Assembly: GCF_001194135.2 (NCBI RefSeq)
Contig: NC_068987.1
Span: 86,236,705 to 86,289,687, forward strand
Length of the DNA stretch: 52,983 nt
Reading direction: 5' to 3'
DNA from: Octopus bimaculoides
Lineage: Eukaryota
The notes under the pieces were generated by a model. The model had not been told where the DNA came from and did no database searches. It worked only from the letters and a program-made list of their open reading frames with translations. Positions 48,923 to 52,983 of the stretch are shown in pieces; position 1 is the first letter of the stretch; the number at the start of each line of letters is the position of its first letter. The position numbers were made by a program, and so were the translations under genes.

Positions 48923-50205
48923 CAGTAAATTATATAAATATTCCTATCCATAAAATGCAAACGTATATCTATACATATTTCAGTAAAATATATAAATATT
49001 CTCATTCATAAAATGCAAACGTATGTCTATACATATGTAGACATCTATAAGCTTTAAATGTAATTTTATTAATTAAGTGACCCTTGGAAAAAAGTATGAA
49101 AAATAACTCCAAGTTACATAAAGAACAGGTATCTCTACCCTTGTCGTACGGAATCGATTTACCTATTATCAACCATTCAAGGGAGTAATCTCTTTTCTCA
49201 TGATTCAATTTCCAAATTAAACTACTGAGCGCCGTACTATTTTGTTTATTCTTATCCCTAAATGTCGAATAATGATTAGAAATTCTACTCGAGACTTCAA
49301 GTGACGAAGCTCCAATATAACTCCAAATCTTCTTATCCGTTATAACATTACACCTATATACAATGTCTTTAGTTTTAGCATTTGCACTAAGGAATCTAAT
49401 TCTATTAGGATTATCTTCAGAAATTTCTATTAATTTATTACCATAGTTAATGGTATTATCAATATCCTTTTTATTTTGAAAATTATCTCTAACATTGTCT
49501 TTAGTATTAATATTATTGCTCTCTATATTTATATCAATAGAATCATGACTAGAATTGGAGGTTAAAAGTCTAAAGTTATGAGCGGCGATAATTTGGGTTA
49601 AATGTTTGGTATTAGAAAAACCGAACCTAACCTTATGCGCGTTAATGACCTTATAGTAATGTGAGTTTTTGGGAAAATATTTACTAACTACATTCCTAAA
49701 TAAACTAACTAAATTTGATCTAATTTGTTTCCCATATGGGACCGTAAACCATAAACTATCTTGTTTTTTAGAATTATAACTTCCATTATTATCCATAAAA
49801 AAACTCAAGTCCACCATTATCAGTCCTTGATACATTACCGTTGGATTTTGGTTTATGCTTAATCTTTCTAAACAAGTTAACATTATCAACATCATTATTA
49901 TTATTAGTAGTAGTAGTTTTATAACTACCCTTATTCCAATTATTAACATTATTAATTTTATTAATATTATTAACATTATTAATTTTATTAATATTATTAA
50001 CATCAACATTACAGGAAGCAGAATCTGGATTAATATAGTATACCTTATCATTATATTCTGCTTCCAACAAAGCAGAGTTATAAAACTTTGCCTCCTCTTC
50101 AAAAACCAGATTATTAGCGGATAGGTTAGACAATCTTAATGATATACTATGAACTAAATTATCTATTATTGCTTTTGGATGATTACTAAATTTACTAATA
50201 TACAC
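48923..50205 (-). mobile_element. Penelope-like retroelement 3' part (RT thumb, linker, GIY-YIG endonuclease), Neptune-like
   Basis: YISKFSNHPKAI..L..SI.LRLSNLS...F...Y..AL, then WFTVPY...KYFPK...KV.N..KVRFGFS...II.AHN, then IVY.CNV...YIG, SRISNH.STF...NSTALS..IWKL, W.I, CSLCNLE and LINK. One +1 frameshift falls at a T7 run (49797-49803). The RT core is absent and replaced upstream by microsatellite and a gap. Confidence 0.9.
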
Positions 50206-52185
50206 ACACAGAGTTATATATGCACACATATTCATATATATATATATATATANNNNNNNNNNNNNNNNNNNNNNNNNNNNNNNNNNNNNNNNNNNNNNNN
50301 NNNNNNNNNNNNNNNNNNNNNNNNNNNNNNNNNNNNNNNNNNNNNNNNNNNNNNNNNNNNNNNNNNNNNNNNNNNNNNNNNNNNNNNNNNNNNNNNNNNN
50401 NNNNNNNNNNNNNNNNNNNNNNNNNNNNNNNNNNNNNNNNNNNNNNNNNNNNNNNNNNNNNNNNNNNNNNNNNNNNNNNNNNNNNNNNNNNNNNNNNNNN
50501 NNNNNNNNNNNNNNNNNNNNNNNNNNNNNNNNNNNNNNNNNNNNNNNNNNNNNNNNNNNNNNNNNNNNNNNNNNNNNNNNNNNNNNNNNNNNNNNNNNNN
50601 NNNNNNNNNNNNNNNNNNNNNNNNNNNNNNNNNNNNNNNNNNNNNNNNNNNNNNNNNNNNNNNNNNNNNNNNNNNNNNNNNNNNNNNNNNNNNNNNNNNN
50701 NNNNNNNNNNNNNNNNNNNNNNNNNNNNNNNNNNNNNNNNNNNNNNNNNNNNNNNNNNNNNNNNNNNNNNNNNNNNNNTATGTGCGTACACACACGTGTG
50801 TATGTATGTGTGCATGTATTTGTTTGTGTTTTTTGTTTCTGCGTGTGTGTTTGTGAGCGCGTATGTGTGTGTGTGTGTGGAAGTGTGTGTGCGTGTGTGT
50901 GTGTTGTGTGTATATGTGTGTGTGCGTGTGTGTGTGTGTGTGTGCGTGTGTTGTATCCGTCACGATAGTGTCGAAACACGAAATATAATTCGTTTTCAAT
51001 GGCGGAACTTGATATACACAAAATCTGTAATTAACAGCGTTTATAAGTACTGGGCAAAACAAAAACAAAAACCACCTGGAATAGAAGATATGAATACAAA
51101 ATCATTATGGAATGTATGGGGCTAATCGCACGAGAAACTTCGGCTTTTTCTGCTTCTTAACCCATGATTTTTATTCAGTATTTCCCCATTAAAACGAATA
51201 CGTACATTCATGCATACACATACTCATACACATACATACTGACACACGTTTACATTTATGAAAGTGTTTTTGAAAATGAATATACTTGGTACCTTCACAA
51301 AATTTAAAGAAGAATTCTCCTTTTAAAAACCTATTAACTATTTATTTAACTATTTCAAATATTATTTACAGAGCAGAATTGTCATTAACCATTGGGGAAG
51401 ATGTTTTTATCTAGTGTGCATTTCTTGTGTAAGCGCTTTCGCTGTTAAAGATTTCAGACACTCGAATATATACGCGTATGTGTGTACGCGTGTATGTATA
51501 TGTACATATGCACAAACGCACGCACACACGCTTATATATCCTCATGCCAAACTGTGTTGCGCGTTAAGAAATATTGTAGGAACATTTTATTTTTATGTAA
51601 AGCTCTAGATCTAACAAACGATGCCACTGTATCATTACAATTACACCTGAGGGAACGCTTACACCATTTCTGCCTGGAGGCTAGTTTACTTAGAAAGGCT
51701 AAAGAAGAATGCAAATCCGGTTTAATATTGTATCACATTGTGCGGGACTGTAAATATATATACGGTAAAAAATTAAAAAATAAAAATTAACAAATAATGC
51801 ATTATTAACAGAAAAATATCATCTGCTTTTGGCATAATCTAAATTAAGTACAGTATATAAAAGCATGAGTCAATACAGCTTAAGAAATGTCTAGTCAAAG
51901 GGCAGATATACCATTGCCTATACAGACTTACTTTCATCAAAGCAACAGGAGGTTACCGTACAACAGTGTTTAAACTGAAAATTGGTGAGCACAAAACTGG
52001 AGATAGGAAATTCTTCATCATTCCAGTATAAACTGCGAAAAGTTTTTTTTTTTTTGTGAAATACGAAATGAAACTAAAATTTGATGGAGAATGTCAAAAA
52101 CATTGACTTGGAGTTTAGCCGGAAAACAGTATATGGACATGTATGTGTATATATATTTGACTGTGTGCTTTTGTGCATGAGTATT

Positions 52186-52223
<38 letters not shown>

Positions 52224-52369
52224 CATGAGTGTATGAGAGAGAGGCAGGCAGACTGACGCACGGACAGAAAAACAGAGACAGTTTTACAGCGAGAGGTTTG
52301 GGTTGTGAGATAGATTTATAAAGATATAGATATAAACATATATTATTCCAGTCGAATGAATTATAACGT

Positions 52370-52755
52370 ACCTGAAAACATTGTGGGCTCGCAGACGAAA
52401 CTCAGAGTAGCATGTGACTTACATGTATAGCATATGTACAAAGGGGCGGTACACAAACTTGGCAACGACATACATAGGAGAGACTGCCAGTAGTATTGCT
52501 GAGAGGATGAGTGAACGCTCGCAAGAATTCGAGGAGGCGGAGAGGTCATCACTTCTATACCAACATGCTAAAATTGGACATGGGGGCACGGTAGATAACA
52601 TAGATGTTAGAATCTTATCGACAAATAAAGGAGACACAAATCCTACACAGATTACGGTAATTGCACACATAATAGAAAATAAGCTACATCAACAGAAAAG
52701 AACGTGGAATTTTAACACACTCTCACTCTACTCCACTCTGAAATCCGACAGCTAA
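52370..52755 (+). mobile_element. Degenerate GIY-YIG fragment of a second Penelope-like lineage
   Basis: VTY...C...TYIGETA..I.ERM.E...S.LYQH...H...V.IL is the PLE endonuclease pattern. The upstream frame is broken. Confidence 0.6.
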
Positions 52756-52785
52756 AGCGGAAGTAAAAAGAAAATTAAATACGTG

Positions 52786-52948
52786 GGCGTAGGAGTGACT
52801 GTGGGGTAAGTAAGTTGCTTACCAACCACATAGTTCTGGGTTCAGTCCCATTCCGTGGCACTTTGGGCAAGTGTCTTCTACTATAGCCTCGGGCCGACCA
52901 AAGCCGTGGGAGTGGACTGTTAGACGGAAACAGAAAGAAGCCCTCGTA

Positions 52949-52983
<35 letters not shown>
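52786..52983 (+). mobile_element. SINE family B head plus (TA)n, running off the window
   Basis: GGCGTAGGAGTGACTGTG...GGTTCAGTCCC...GGGCAAGTGTCTTCTACTATAGCCTCGGGCCGACCAAAGCC...GAAAGAAGCCC. Confidence 0.9.

Overview
AT-rich, repeat-dense eukaryotic DNA from a gapped draft assembly. There are 13 N gaps, most abutting microsatellites: 2249-2568, 5803-6047, 9884-10122, 14480-14673, 16161-16170, 18625-18634, 27065-27221, 29509-29761, 37792-38304, 42340-42349, 45658-45667, 47236-47949 and 50253-50778. The SINE families look to me like those of octopus; this is recognition from memory, not a database result. No host protein-coding gene can be supported, and most ORFs in the supplied track are translations of microsatellites or gaps. 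The window holds about 30 copies or fragments of four tRNA-headed SINE families (my labels A-D) and a decayed Helitron with an intact 3' hairpin-CTAG end. It also holds two clear and one weak mariner pseudogenes, a Tc1-like fragment, and two Penelope-like (PLE) GIY-YIG fragments, one nearly intact. A small PLE-tail repeat carries a hammerhead-ribozyme-like motif with a non-canonical core. Three unexplained inverted-repeat structures, an LTR-like insert nested in a SINE and a few weak exon or promoter candidates complete the picture. The best leads are the hammerhead-like motif (2054-2090), the PLE endonuclease with an Asn-rich linker lacking the usual Cys knuckle (48923-50205), the long inverted repeat (44195-45163) and the self-nested SINEs.
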